32,000 bases of DNA from Geomonas oryzisoli (GCF_018986915.1 NZ_CP076723.1:644631-676630); one strand, 5' to 3'. Positions 8,391-17,017 are shown, counted from the first letter of the stretch. Program-made: numbers and translations. Notes: a model not told the origin generated them from the sequence alone.

Positions 8391-9321
8391 GGGTATCCGC
8401 CTTCTGCACCAGGTTGGGGAGGTCCGGCTTGGTGAGGATGTCGCTCGCCCCCAGGTTGCGCCATTTCATCTTGTTGTCCTCGCTGGCCAGCGACGAGAAT
8501 ATTACCACGGGGAGCCCGTCCAGGTCAGACTCCTTCCGGATCAGGGCGGTAAGGTGCAGTCCGTCCATGCGGGGCATTTCGATGTCGGTGATCACGAGGC
8601 TCAGTACCTCCTTCAGCGGCTGCTTGCTCTCCGCGCATTTCTGACGTATCGCCTGCACGTGTTCCCAGGCCTCCTCGCCGTTTTCCGCCTCGACTACCTG
8701 GTACCCCGCTTCACGCAGCGACCCGCACATGGTCCTCCTGATGAAGGCCGAGTCGTCGGCGACCAGGATGGTCCTGGCGCCGCGGTTCGCCACGGAGTGG
8801 GCCAGCATCAGGTCTTCCCCCGGTGTGGCCAGGGCCATGGTCGAGGAGAGTTCCCCGATGATCTTTTCGAAGTCGAGGATGAGGATGATCCGGTCCTCCA
8901 TCTTCACCACGCCGGTGATGTTGGCGTCGTGGATCGCTTTCACCGGCGGCTCCACGTTTTCCCAGGAAATGCGATAGATGCGGGAGACCGAGTGCACCTG
9001 GATGCCGACCACGATCCTGTTGAACTCGAGCACGATGACCCGGTCCGCGGGTATCCCTTCCGTGTTCTTGTTCAGCGAGCGGGAGAGGTCGATCAGGGTG
9101 ATCACCTGGTCGCGCAGTTTGATCATGCCGCTCACGCAGGGGTTGGCGTTCACCACCTTGCGCGTCTCCGGCAGTCTGATGATCTCGCGGACCTTGGCTA
9201 CGTTAACGCCGAAATAGCAGGGGATGACGTTCCCCTTGCCGTCCACCTCGTCGATCCTGAATTCGACTATTTCCAGTTCGTTGGTGCCGCTTTCGAGCAG
9301 AATCTTGTTGTTCGGTTCCAT
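8380..9321 (-). CDS. cheV: Chemotaxis coupling protein CheV (CheW-like domain plus receiver domain)
   Basis: 313 aa. N-terminal CheW-like domain (ELEIVEFRI..FGVNVAKVREIIRLPE). C-terminal REC domain (ILVADDSAFIRR, ITDIEMPRMDG, KP). Confidence 0.9.
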   Translation of the reverse strand: MEPNNKILLESGTNELEIVEFRIDEVDGKGNVIPCYFGVNVAKVREIIRLPETRKVVNANPCVSGMIKLRDQVITLIDLSRSLNKNTEGIPADRVIVLEFNRIVVGIQVHSVSRIYRISWENVEPPVKAIHDANITGVVKMEDRIILILDFEKIIGELSSTMALATPGEDLMLAHSVANRGARTILVADDSAFIRRTMCGSLREAGYQVVEAENGEEAWEHVQAIRQKCAESKQPLKEVLSLVITDIEMPRMDGLHLTALIRKESDLDGLPVVIFSSLASEDNKMKWRNLGASDILTKPDLPNLVQKADTLAL

Positions 9322-9418
9322 ACGCCCCCCGATTGTGTAGTGCCGTTGCTCCTCATTACATCGGCAGCCGGAGGGAAATCATGAGACAAAAACTGCGCAG
9401 CGGAGACCCGGACCTTCC

Positions 9419-9578
9419 CCTTACGCCTCTGCGGCTCCGGGGGGAGAGCCTCTGATTACAGACTTAACGCAAAGGCGCCAAGGTGCGAAGACGCAAAGAG
9501 ATTTTTTACTGAAACGTACTGGATCTTGCCTAACGCTTTTTCTTCGCGTCTCCGCGGCTCCGCGTCTTTGCGTTAAAG
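9419..9578. repeat. REP-like intergenic element family built from tandem 8-nt NCGCNNAG periods; an inverted pair plus a degenerate third copy
   Basis: Forward copy 9467-9498 = ACGCAAAG GCGCCAAG GTGCGAAG ACGCAAAG. Reverse copy 9542-9573 = CTTCGCGT CTCCGCGG CTCCGCGT CTTTGCGT. The outer 11 bp, TTAACGCAAAG and CTTTGCGTTAA, are perfectly complementary. The same family occurs at 20229-20415. Confidence 0.75.
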
Positions 9579-9588
9579 CTTTTGTTTG

Positions 9589-11595
9589 TCATATACCTTC
9601 CCGCACATCCACCCTGTTGTCGTAGAAGGTGCTCCCGCCCCCCCGGTCGGTCAGGCGCTGCGAGGTCAAAGCGTTCACCGAGCGCGCACCCGGCGCATGG
9701 GCGAGCCACCATACCCCCTCGGCGACCACCACTCCCCGAGGCACCTTGGGCGTGACCTGCAGCCGGAAGGTCACCTCCCCCAGCTCGTTCCAGGCGACCA
9801 CCTCCGCGCCGTCGGCGAGCCCCTTGCCCGCCGCGTCATCCGGGTTCATCTTGAGCTGCATCCCCCCCTGGCTCTCCCGCAGTTCCTCCCGCTCGTAGAA
9901 GGTCGCGTTCAGCGCGAAAGGGGTGGGCGCGGTCATCAGCCGGAAGGGGAGCTTCCCCTGTTCCTCGTGGGTGGGGAGGTAGCGCGGCAGCTTCTCCTCG
10001 AGCCGCTCGTTCAGGATCTCGATCTTCCCCGAGGGGGTCACGATCCCTCCCGGTCTTGCCGCCAGGGTCACCGGGCGCCCCTCGGCGAGAGCCTCCTCGT
10101 CGATTCCCGCCCGCAGCGGCTTGGGCACCGCGAGCAGCCGGTCGATCATCTGGTCAGCGGTGAGGGTGAAGATCTCCTCCTCGAATCCCATCGCCTGCGC
10201 CAGCAGGGAGAACACCTCCCAGTTGGACTTGCTCTCCCCCACCGGGTCGACCACCGCCTGGGCGCGCTGGATGCAGTAGGTGCCGTAGGAGCGGTAGATG
10301 TCGCTGTGCTCAAGCGACGAGGTGGCGGGAAGCACGATGTCGGCGTAGCGCGCGGTGTCGGTCAGGAAACGCTCGTGCACCACGGTGAAGAGGTCGTCGC
10401 GGGAGAGCCCCTTCAGCACCGCGTTCTGGTCCGGCGTCACCGCGGCGGGGTTCGAGTGGTACACGTAGAGCCCCATGACCCGCGGGGCGTCGAGCTGGTT
10501 CAGCGCGCTCCCCAACTGGTTCATGTTGATGAGCCGTGTCTGCCCCGGGATCAGGTCCTCCCTGGTCAGTATCTCCATGGGGAAGGCGGCGCCGGTCGCG
10601 GTATCCGGGAAACACCCACCCCCCTCCCTGCCGTAGGCCCCGACCAGCGCCGGCAGGCAGCAGATCGAGCGCACCGTCATGGACCCGTTGCCGTAGCGCG
10701 ACAGCCCGCTCCCGAGCCGGATGAAGGGGGCCCTGGCCGCCGCGTAGGCGCGCGCCATCTCCTCGATCACCTCCGGCGCGAGGCCGGTGATCTCCGCGCA
10801 ACGCTGCGGCGTCATCTCCGGAAGCACCTCGGCCGCCAGCTCCTCGAACCCCAGCACCTGTTGCGCAAGAAACTCGGCGTCTGTCAGCCCCTCGCGGGCG
10901 ATCACGTGCATCATCCCCAGGGCGAGCGCCCCGTCGCTTCCCGGACGCACCAGGAAGGTGCGGTCCGCGGCGGACGCGGTCGGTGTCTCGTAGGTATCGA
11001 TCAGCCAGATCCGCCCTCCACCTTGCCGCACCTCGTGCGCCTGGTTCAGGAAGTGGATGCTGGTCGCCGCCGCGTTGATCCCCCACAGGATCAGGAGATC
11101 GCTTTTGCCGGCCGATTCAGGCGGCGGGGTCGCAGTCTTCCCCATTACCGCCTCCCACCCCGCCCCCTTGGCCGGGGAGCAGATGGTGCGGTCCAGCCGG
11201 GAGGCACCCATGCGGTGGAAGAAGGGGTGCCCCGCGTTGCGCTGCACGATTCCCATCGTTCCGGCGTAGGAGTAGGGGAGGATGGCCTCCCCGCCGTGGC
11301 CGGCGATGATGGCGCGCCAGCGCTCGGCTATGGTGGCGATCGCCTCGTCCCAGGTGATGGCGGTGAACTCGCCGCTACCTTTGGCGCCGGTTCTCTTGAG
11401 CGGCGTGGTGAGGCGCAGCGGCGAATGCACGCTTTTCTCGTAGTGGCGCATCTTCGGGCAGAGGGTGCCGCGGCTGAAGGGGTGGAGGGGGTCGCCCTGC
11501 ACCGCGACGGCCTTGCCGTTTTCCACCTCGACCAGCATGCTGCAGGTGTCCGGGCAGTCGAATGGGCAGACCGATCTCCTGGTGACGACGTTCAT
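9589..11595 (-). CDS. Molybdopterin-dependent oxidoreductase with an N-terminal 4Fe-4S domain (cytoplasmic type)
   Basis: 668 aa. N-terminal Cys cluster CPFDCPDTC...C(PKM), followed by molybdopterin oxidoreductase and C-terminal molybdopterin dinucleotide-binding regions. A GAGGAG RBS is present. No signal peptide h-region is visible. Confidence 0.88.
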   Translation of the reverse strand: MNVVTRRSVCPFDCPDTCSMLVEVENGKAVAVQGDPLHPFSRGTLCPKMRHYEKSVHSPLRLTTPLKRTGAKGSGEFTAITWDEAIATIAERWRAIIAGHGGEAILPYSYAGTMGIVQRNAGHPFFHRMGASRLDRTICSPAKGAGWEAVMGKTATPPPESAGKSDLLILWGINAAATSIHFLNQAHEVRQGGGRIWLIDTYETPTASAADRTFLVRPGSDGALALGMMHVIAREGLTDAEFLAQQVLGFEELAAEVLPEMTPQRCAEITGLAPEVIEEMARAYAAARAPFIRLGSGLSRYGNGSMTVRSICCLPALVGAYGREGGGCFPDTATGAAFPMEILTREDLIPGQTRLINMNQLGSALNQLDAPRVMGLYVYHSNPAAVTPDQNAVLKGLSRDDLFTVVHERFLTDTARYADIVLPATSSLEHSDIYRSYGTYCIQRAQAVVDPVGESKSNWEVFSLLAQAMGFEEEIFTLTADQMIDRLLAVPKPLRAGIDEEALAEGRPVTLAARPGGIVTPSGKIEILNERLEEKLPRYLPTHEEQGKLPFRLMTAPTPFALNATFYEREELRESQGGMQLKMNPDDAAGKGLADGAEVVAWNELGEVTFRLQVTPKVPRGVVVAEGVWWLAHAPGARSVNALTSQRLTDRGGGSTFYDNRVDVREGI

Positions 11596-11743
11596 CTGTA
11601 ACTCCTCGTGTGGGCGGCTGGCGATGGGCGTCCCAGCAGCTCTGCGCGCTGATCCGGGACTGCCGCGAGCTCCTGGTGCGGCTGTTTCTTTTTATGTTTT
11701 TTCGGGGACTAGATCAACAGAAAAGGAAGGGGGGGAAGCGGCA

Positions 11744-11770
11744 GGCTGCGCCCCGGGATGGAGCGCAGCC
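11744..11770 (-). terminator. Hairpin 14 nt downstream of the cytochrome gene (possible weak terminator)
   Basis: GGCTGCGC / GCGCAGCC 8-bp stem with an 11-nt loop. On the minus strand it is followed only by an interrupted T-rich stretch (CTTCCTTTTCTG). Confidence 0.3.
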
Positions 11771-11784
11771 AAAATGCGGTATCG

Positions 11785-12093
11785 CTACTTCTTGTGGCAC
11801 TTGGCGCAGTTGCCGGCGGGCTTGAACGCCTTCTTGCCGTTGTGGCACTCGCCGCAGTATTTACCGGCGTTGATGTCGGCCATCTTCATCTGGGTGGACC
11901 CCTTCTTCATCTTGAAGATCTTGGTGTGACACTCGTTGCACTTGAGACCTTTGCCGGCATGGTCGTCACCCTTGAAGGTCACCTTGCCCATCGAAGTCGG
12001 CCATTCCACCGTTTTGCCGGCCGAAACCGCCATCGCCTGTGCCGCCATCATCACCACCGCCATCGCCGCCGCTGCCATCGCAATACGTTTCAT
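11785..12093 (-). CDS. Periplasmic triheme c7/c3-type cytochrome c
   Basis: Three CXXCH motifs (CNECH, CGECH, CAKCH) and a signal peptide MKRIAMAAAAMAVVMMAAQAMA. I chose the ATG at 12093 because GGGGAG lies upstream. The track start at 12111 adds 6 aa. Confidence 0.88.
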   Translation of the reverse strand: MKRIAMAAAAMAVVMMAAQAMAVSAGKTVEWPTSMGKVTFKGDDHAGKGLKCNECHTKIFKMKKGSTQMKMADINAGKYCGECHNGKKAFKPAGNCAKCHKK

Positions 12094-12130
12094 ATTCACT
12101 CCCCTATTCATTAGTAAAAAAGCCCTTACT

Positions 12131-12158
12131 GTGATAGCACAGCTACCGGCGATGTCAA
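12131..12158 (-). promoter_or_regulatory. Candidate sigma70-type promoter for the cytochrome gene
   Basis: On the minus strand: TTGACA, 16-nt spacer, TATCAC. Sequence match only. Confidence 0.3.
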
Positions 12159-12215
12159 GGAACCCCGGCGTAGTGCCTCGGTAAATCGGTAACCGGTTCT
12201 TTCGTAGTCGACCGC

Positions 12216-12243
12216 TTGCAAATTGCCGCGGTTGCAGTTTAAT
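12216..12243 (+). promoter_or_regulatory. Candidate sigma70-type promoter for the 337-aa PilZ gene
   Basis: TTGCAA (12216-12221), 16-nt spacer, TTTAAT (12238-12243). It lies about 45 nt upstream of the ATG at 12290. Confidence 0.35.
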
Positions 12244-12289
12244 GTGATAGTTCGCTCATTCTCTTATTAAAAGATTATCCGGATTCGAC

Positions 12290-13303
12290 ATGGAAGACGA
12301 GTACAGCGAATACCGCGCGGTCCTCGCACCGGGGATGCGCATCGAGATCGGCATCCCGCTGTCGGGCGGCGGCGTGTTCCGGGACTGGGGCGTCATCAGC
12401 GAGTCGGGAGGGGACCTGCTGCTGCTTCAGATCTCCCGCGACGTCCTGCCGGCCAACGTGCGGGTGGACGTCGGCTTCATCCTCGATGTCAGCGTCTGGC
12501 TGGGCAAGGACAGCTATACCTGCAGCGGCATCGTCACCGCCCGGCTCAGCGAATTGGTGCTGCAGGTACGGCTCTTCGGCAGGTTCACCCTGCGCGAACG
12601 GCGCCAGTTCTTCAGGACCGACATGGCCTTGAAGGTTCGCTACGACATCGTCGACGAGTCCAGCCGCAAAGAGGTGGAACGGGACTGGGAGGTGCGCAAG
12701 GAGCGCGAGCAGATGAAGTTCCAGGGGTACGACGACTTCGTCATTGCTGCCCAGATGGCGCGCTTCCAACCGGCCAAGGACATCGTATGGCGGGACCTGC
12801 TGCGCGCCCAGTTGAACCTGGGCGGGGGCGGCATCTGCCTGCGCATGCCGACCACTGCGCGCCCCGACCAGTTGGTGAACCTGGAGCTGTACCTTCCTTT
12901 GGAGCCGCCGCGGCTGGTGCACGCGGTCGGACAGGTGATACACGTCAAGCCCCCCCTTACGCTGCGCGACGGTTCCAGCCGCTACGACGTCGGCATGGAA
13001 TTTCTCTTCCTGGACGAGCGGGACCGCGACCTGATCTTCAAGCAGATCTCCTCGGTCCAGATCGCGAACCTGCGCAAGATTTCCGACAAACGCGACATGG
13101 ACGAGCTCGGCGACGACGTCGCCCCTTCGCTGGCCCCTCGGCAGTACCTGATGCGGGCTCTCTGGGTGTTGTTGTTCCTGTTTGCCGCCTACGGCCTGGG
13201 CCGCTACCTCATTGCCTACCGTCAAGCCCCCCCTGAAAACGAGATCCAGAAGACCTACGAAGAATCGATCCGCAAGTACCGCCACATGGACAGGCAGCCC
13301 TGA
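12290..13303 (+). CDS. PilZ domain-containing protein with a C-terminal transmembrane helix
   Basis: 337 aa. PilZ motifs RERRQFFR ... NLGGGGICL. There is a hydrophobic helix ALWVLLFLFAAYGLGRYLIAY near the C-terminus. Confidence 0.75.
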   Translation: MEDEYSEYRAVLAPGMRIEIGIPLSGGGVFRDWGVISESGGDLLLLQISRDVLPANVRVDVGFILDVSVWLGKDSYTCSGIVTARLSELVLQVRLFGRFTLRERRQFFRTDMALKVRYDIVDESSRKEVERDWEVRKEREQMKFQGYDDFVIAAQMARFQPAKDIVWRDLLRAQLNLGGGGICLRMPTTARPDQLVNLELYLPLEPPRLVHAVGQVIHVKPPLTLRDGSSRYDVGMEFLFLDERDRDLIFKQISSVQIANLRKISDKRDMDELGDDVAPSLAPRQYLMRALWVLLFLFAAYGLGRYLIAYRQAPPENEIQKTYEESIRKYRHMDRQP

Positions 13304-13400
13304 CCCGGCTGCTATCGTATTGCCTTGCAGCCCAAACTCTACTATGATGCCCCGTCCGCGGCAGCCTGCCGTCGGCACGGACGCATGCAAGGGAGTAGAG

Positions 13401-13874
13401 ATGACCAACATGATCAGCGCCGAAGGGCGCAAGAAGTTACAGGAACGCTACGACTTTCTCTGGGAAACCGAGCGGCCGCGCATGGTGAAGAACATGGCCG
13501 ATGCCGCCGCCGAAGGGGACCGCTCCGAGAACGCCGAGTACATCTACTCGAAGAAGAGGCTGCGCGAGATCGATCGCGAGCTGAAGCACCTGGGTGACCG
13601 CCTCAAGGTGCTCAAGGTGGTCTACGCGCCGCTGAACCCGACCTCGGTCAGCTTCGGCTGCTGGGTCACCTACGAGGACGAGGAGGGGGAAGAGCGCTGT
13701 TACCAACTGGTCGGGCCGGACGAGTTCGACGTGAGCCAGGGCAAGATCAGCATCGATTCCCCGGTCGGCAAGGCGCTGCTGGGCAAGAAGGTCGACGACG
13801 AGGTGACCATCAAGAGACCTGCCGGCGACCTGACCGTCACCGTGCTTGCGGTAACGTCGAGGAAACCGGAGTAG
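13401..13874 (+). CDS. greB: Transcription elongation (transcript cleavage) factor GreB
   Basis: 157 aa from the ATG at 13401 (GGGAGTAGAG upstream). It aligns by eye with E. coli GreB (LW..ERP, GDRSENAEY.Y.KKRLREIDR, SIDSP.G.ALL.K). The upstream part of the track ORF (13182-) is low-complexity and lacks an RBS. Confidence 0.88.
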   Translation: MTNMISAEGRKKLQERYDFLWETERPRMVKNMADAAAEGDRSENAEYIYSKKRLREIDRELKHLGDRLKVLKVVYAPLNPTSVSFGCWVTYEDEEGEERCYQLVGPDEFDVSQGKISIDSPVGKALLGKKVDDEVTIKRPAGDLTVTVLAVTSRKPE

Positions 13875-13917
13875 CGTTCGCAGGCTGCCACAGTCACAGC
13901 GCAGTCACCGAAAACAG

Positions 13918-13945
13918 TTTGACCTTCTTTGGGGAGCGGTTATAG
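13918..13945 (+). promoter_or_regulatory. Candidate sigma70-type promoter for the 228-aa PilZ gene
   Basis: TTGACC (13918-13923), 16-nt spacer, TATAGT (13940-13945). Its position argues against the track start at 13929. Confidence 0.4.
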
Positions 13946-14003
13946 TGTAGCAGGCCTCTCTCCGAAGCAATCTCCATTGTGTCAAGGACCGTTCCAAGCA
14001 TAC

Positions 14004-14690
14004 ATGTCAGACATCAAGATCCTGATAGTGGTAAAAGATGAAGAGGCCGGTCTCGCCTATGCGCAAGCCGTAGCGGAGATCGGCGTGGCCTGTGACGTGG
14101 CATGCTCCTTTGCAGAGATGTCGCAGCTCGCCACGGACAACCGCTATAACGGCTTCCTGGTCGACATACTGACTCTGGTGCGTTGCAGCAAGGAAGAGAA
14201 GGTGATCGCCTATGAGTGCATCAACCTTTTTCCGGTGCTGCGGGTGAAGTGGGAGGCACGGCAGAAGAAGATAAAGCTGAGCCCGCTGGAACAGAGTTTC
14301 TCCCCCGATACCGGTTCGGCGCTGCGCTTTTTCATCGAAAACCGCTGCAGGAACTTCCCCGCACGCTCGTTGCGCCGGTCGCCGCGCCGGTCGATCAACC
14401 TGAACCTTTACTACAGCACCGATCCCGATTTCCCGGCCGAGAGCACCCACAAGTCCTTCACCATCAACCTCGGCAGACACGGTCTGTTCCTGCACACCAT
14501 GCAGGAATTTCTGCAGGGGGACACCATCTGGATCCGTTTCCTCGAATTCACCGACCAGACCCCGATCCGGGCCAACGTGCGCTGGTCCCAGCACTGGGGG
14601 GTGACCCGCTGCATCCCCGGGGCAGGGGTGATGTTCGAATCTTTGACCAAGAAACAGGAGCAGGAGATCGCCAAGCTGCTCGATCTGTGA
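14004..14690 (+). CDS. PilZ domain protein with an N-terminal receiver-like domain
   Basis: The N-terminus is CheY-like (IKILIVVKDEE ... GFLVDILT). C-terminal PilZ motifs are RRSPRRSINL ... INLGRHGLFL. The ATG at 14004 gives MSDIKILIV. Confidence 0.75.
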   Translation: MSDIKILIVVKDEEAGLAYAQAVAEIGVACDVACSFAEMSQLATDNRYNGFLVDILTLVRCSKEEKVIAYECINLFPVLRVKWEARQKKIKLSPLEQSFSPDTGSALRFFIENRCRNFPARSLRRSPRRSINLNLYYSTDPDFPAESTHKSFTINLGRHGLFLHTMQEFLQGDTIWIRFLEFTDQTPIRANVRWSQHWGVTRCIPGAGVMFESLTKKQEQEIAKLLDL

Positions 14691-14712
14691 TCCTCTTTTC
14701 CAGGAAATCCGC

Positions 14713-15471
14713 ATGTGCACGCTGTTACTCGCCTACCGGTTCCATCCCGCCTACCGTCTCGTCGTTGCCGCCAATCGCGATGAATACTACCAGCGCCCGA
14801 CGCAGCCCGCCCACTTCTGGGAGGATGCCCCGCACGTCTTCGCCGGGCGCGACCTGGTGCACGGCGGCACCTGGCTTGGTGTCACCGCGACCGGCCGGAT
14901 CGCCGCGCTCACCAACTACCGCGATCCCAGCGACCTGCACCGGCACGGCCCTTCGTCACGGGGACAACTGGTGAGCGGCTTTCTCACGGAGGATGCGGGT
15001 GCCGAGGAGTACCTGGCGCGGCTGCGGGATTCCGGCATCTCCTATGGCGGTTACAACCTCCTGGTCGGGGACAGCGAGCGGCTTTTCTGCTACTCCAACA
15101 AGAGCGACCGGGTGCTCCCCATCGAACCGGGGATCCACGGCCTGAGCAACCACCTGCTGGACACCCCCTGGCCGAAGGTGTGCCGCGGCAAAGACGGGCT
15201 GGACCGGATCCTGGCGCGGCAAGATTTTGCAGTGGAAGAACTGTTTGCGCTCCTGGCCGACCACACGCACCCCCCGGACCAGGAGTTGCCGGACACTGGC
15301 GTGGGGCTTGAGCTGGAGCGGATGCTGTCGCCCATCTTCATCACGAGCGCGCAGTACGGCACCCGTTGTTCCACCGTGCTGCTGGTTGATCATTCGGGGA
15401 AGGCGACCTTCATCGAGCGCAGTTTCGAGGGGGGAGCGGCCACCGAGCGGCAGACCGAGTTCCAGTGGTAA
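14713..15471 (+). CDS. NRDE-family protein (TANGO2/DUF833-like)
   Basis: 252 aa beginning MCTLLLAY with the eponymous VAANRDE motif. N-terminal Cys2 is typical of the family. Confidence 0.88.
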   Translation: MCTLLLAYRFHPAYRLVVAANRDEYYQRPTQPAHFWEDAPHVFAGRDLVHGGTWLGVTATGRIAALTNYRDPSDLHRHGPSSRGQLVSGFLTEDAGAEEYLARLRDSGISYGGYNLLVGDSERLFCYSNKSDRVLPIEPGIHGLSNHLLDTPWPKVCRGKDGLDRILARQDFAVEELFALLADHTHPPDQELPDTGVGLELERMLSPIFITSAQYGTRCSTVLLVDHSGKATFIERSFEGGAATERQTEFQW

Positions 15472-15476
15472 GACGG

Positions 15477-15512
15477 CCCCTTGCCCTCCGAGAGAGGGCC
15501 GGGGGGAGGGCG
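15477..15512. repeat. Single variant copy of the G/C-rich palindromic element
   Basis: CCCCTTGCCCTCCGAGAGAGGGCCGGGGGGAGGGCG. It contains a CCCTC..GAGGG hairpin followed by a GGGAGGG tail, like the elements at 776-882 and 5431-5527. Confidence 0.5.
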
Positions 15513-15548
15513 TTTGTGCGATGGTGTGAAGTAACTGCAAAAAGCGAA

Positions 15549-15582
15549 AGGGGCGAACCATGATGGTTCGCCCCTTTTTTTA
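15549..15582. terminator. Bidirectional rho-independent terminator between convergent genes
   Basis: AGGGGCGAACCA / TGGTTCGCCCCT 12-bp perfect stem with a 3-nt loop. It is flanked by an A-run upstream and TTTTTTT downstream. Confidence 0.85.
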
Positions 15583-15656
15583 TTGATACGTGGAGGGTTG
15601 GTTTCCGTAGGGGCGAATAATCATTCGCCCTGACTTCACCTCTCCGGCAACCCCGC

Positions 15657-16835
15657 TTACTGGTACTGGATGTACAGCGGTTTCGGGTTCAGCATGAGCA
15701 CCTCTTTCGGGGTGAGCAGCGCATCGCCCTTCTTCGTGTCGTTGTGGTAGAAGAGCTTGAACCCGGTGAACTCGACCGGCTCGGCCACGACGTAATCCTT
15801 GTAGGAGTCGCGTTTGAGCCAGGGGGCGCCCCAGCCGTCCATGTTCATCACGATCTGCACCTCGGGGCGCAGCTGGATGTTCTTCGCGTTGGTCACGCCG
15901 TTTCTGGTGAAGCGGTGCACGATGAACACCTTCGGCGGGAGGTTGTACTTCTTCACCAGCTCCTTCAGGTAGTTCGAGGCGTAGTTGATGTCGGCCGCGT
16001 CGTAGGTGCCGATCTTGGTGCCCGGCTTCTTGCCGCTCTTGATCAGGTTGAACTCCGGGTCGATGCCCAGGTGCACGTCGGGGTTCTTGAGGATCCACTC
16101 GAAGCGCGGCAGCACGTTGCGGATGTTGTCGTGCCCGGTCTGGATGTCGATGAACATGATGGCGTTGATCGACTTGGCCCAGCTGTACACGTCGTTGATG
16201 ATCTTGTCGGGCATCACCATGCGGTAGAGCCCTGCCTTGCCCGGTTCCCCCTGGGCCACGACGGCGATCAGGTGCAGCGCGGGCTGTACCGGGTGGGAAG
16301 GATCGGCCGCCTGCCATTTTGCCGCTTCACGCTTCAGACGCTGCAGCATGTCATCCTTCTGGTACTCGCCCAGCGCCCCCATCCTTTTGGAGAGCGGGTT
16401 GCCGTAGTAGGCTACGATCCGCTTCTGGGGCAGGATCGAACCCGGCAGCGGTGCGGGAGATTTCACCGGCCAACCCTTCTTGGCGGCGAAATCCGGGTCC
16501 TCGCCGGCGCGGTAGGTGACCTTGGGTGCGGCGGCCTCTTTCCCCTTGGCGCCTTTCACCTTTTTCCCGGCACTTGAGTGCGCGTCGAACTTGGCGGGGA
16601 CTGCTGCCGGTGCCGCTTCGGTTGCCGGCGCGGCGGGCGCGGTCGGGACAGCGGTGGCCGGGGCAGGAGCCGCCGGGACGGCCTTGGCCGAGGTGGCTTG
16701 CCCTTGTTGCATGGCGCCGGCGCTGGTCGTGGTGGCCGAGGCCTTCTTATCCTTGCATCCGGCTACTGCCAGCGGCAGGGCCAGCAGGGCGATCAGCAGG
16801 AGGGCAGAGCGGTGGTTCTGGTACAGGTGCTTCAC
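15657..16835 (-). CDS. Conserved hypothetical lipoprotein (Ala/Pro-rich linker plus a C-terminal domain of about 260 aa with unknown function)
   Basis: 392 aa. Lipobox LAVAGC follows the hydrophobic leader LLLIALLALP. A low-complexity A/P/T linker follows. Codon usage is GC3-rich across the frame. I do not recognise the C-terminal domain with confidence. Confidence 0.75.
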   Translation of the reverse strand: MKHLYQNHRSALLLIALLALPLAVAGCKDKKASATTTSAGAMQQGQATSAKAVPAAPAPATAVPTAPAAPATEAAPAAVPAKFDAHSSAGKKVKGAKGKEAAAPKVTYRAGEDPDFAAKKGWPVKSPAPLPGSILPQKRIVAYYGNPLSKRMGALGEYQKDDMLQRLKREAAKWQAADPSHPVQPALHLIAVVAQGEPGKAGLYRMVMPDKIINDVYSWAKSINAIMFIDIQTGHDNIRNVLPRFEWILKNPDVHLGIDPEFNLIKSGKKPGTKIGTYDAADINYASNYLKELVKKYNLPPKVFIVHRFTRNGVTNAKNIQLRPEVQIVMNMDGWGAPWLKRDSYKDYVVAEPVEFTGFKLFYHNDTKKGDALLTPKEVLMLNPKPLYIQYQ

Positions 16836-17017
16836 GAAGTTCTCCTTATGGTGGTGCAGCGGACCGGCCTTGGCCTATGCGTGGATCTGGTGTGACGGCG
16901 CCGGGCGTGCTTATTTATTCTGGTGGTGCGGAGTCTGGTTTTGGCGGCTACTGGGGAGATATCTGGGCGGGCGTTTCGTGCCTTACACCTGTGACAAAAC
17001 CGACAAGCTCGTCCGTA

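Noticed and set aside
9464-9500. GEMM-I (c-di-GMP / cGAMP) riboswitch, suggested by GACGCAAAG-like strings
   Set aside because: Only the short ACGCAAAG string is shared. The two-hairpin architecture with GGCAAACC and the tetraloop/receptor is absent. The string is simply the repeating octamer of the REP-like element and occurs on both strands.
11569-11595. Twin-arginine (Tat) signal in the oxidoreductase N-terminus (TRRSV)
   Set aside because: The RR is followed immediately by the CPFDCPDTC Fe-S motif, with no hydrophobic h-region or cleavage site.
9586-11601. 671-aa ORF antisense to the molybdopterin oxidoreductase
   Set aside because: It mirrors the whole real gene and has no recognisable motifs. 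The minus-strand protein has the Fe-S Cys cluster and the family-typical sequence.
12275-13432. 385-aa ORF antisense to the PilZ gene, with similar antisense ORFs at 15744-16577, 17273-18337, 19240-20109, 20496-20924, 21184-21837 and 26173-27083
   Set aside because: All are antisense to, or off-frame within, genes supported by motifs. They have high-GC shadow-ORF composition and no independent start signals.
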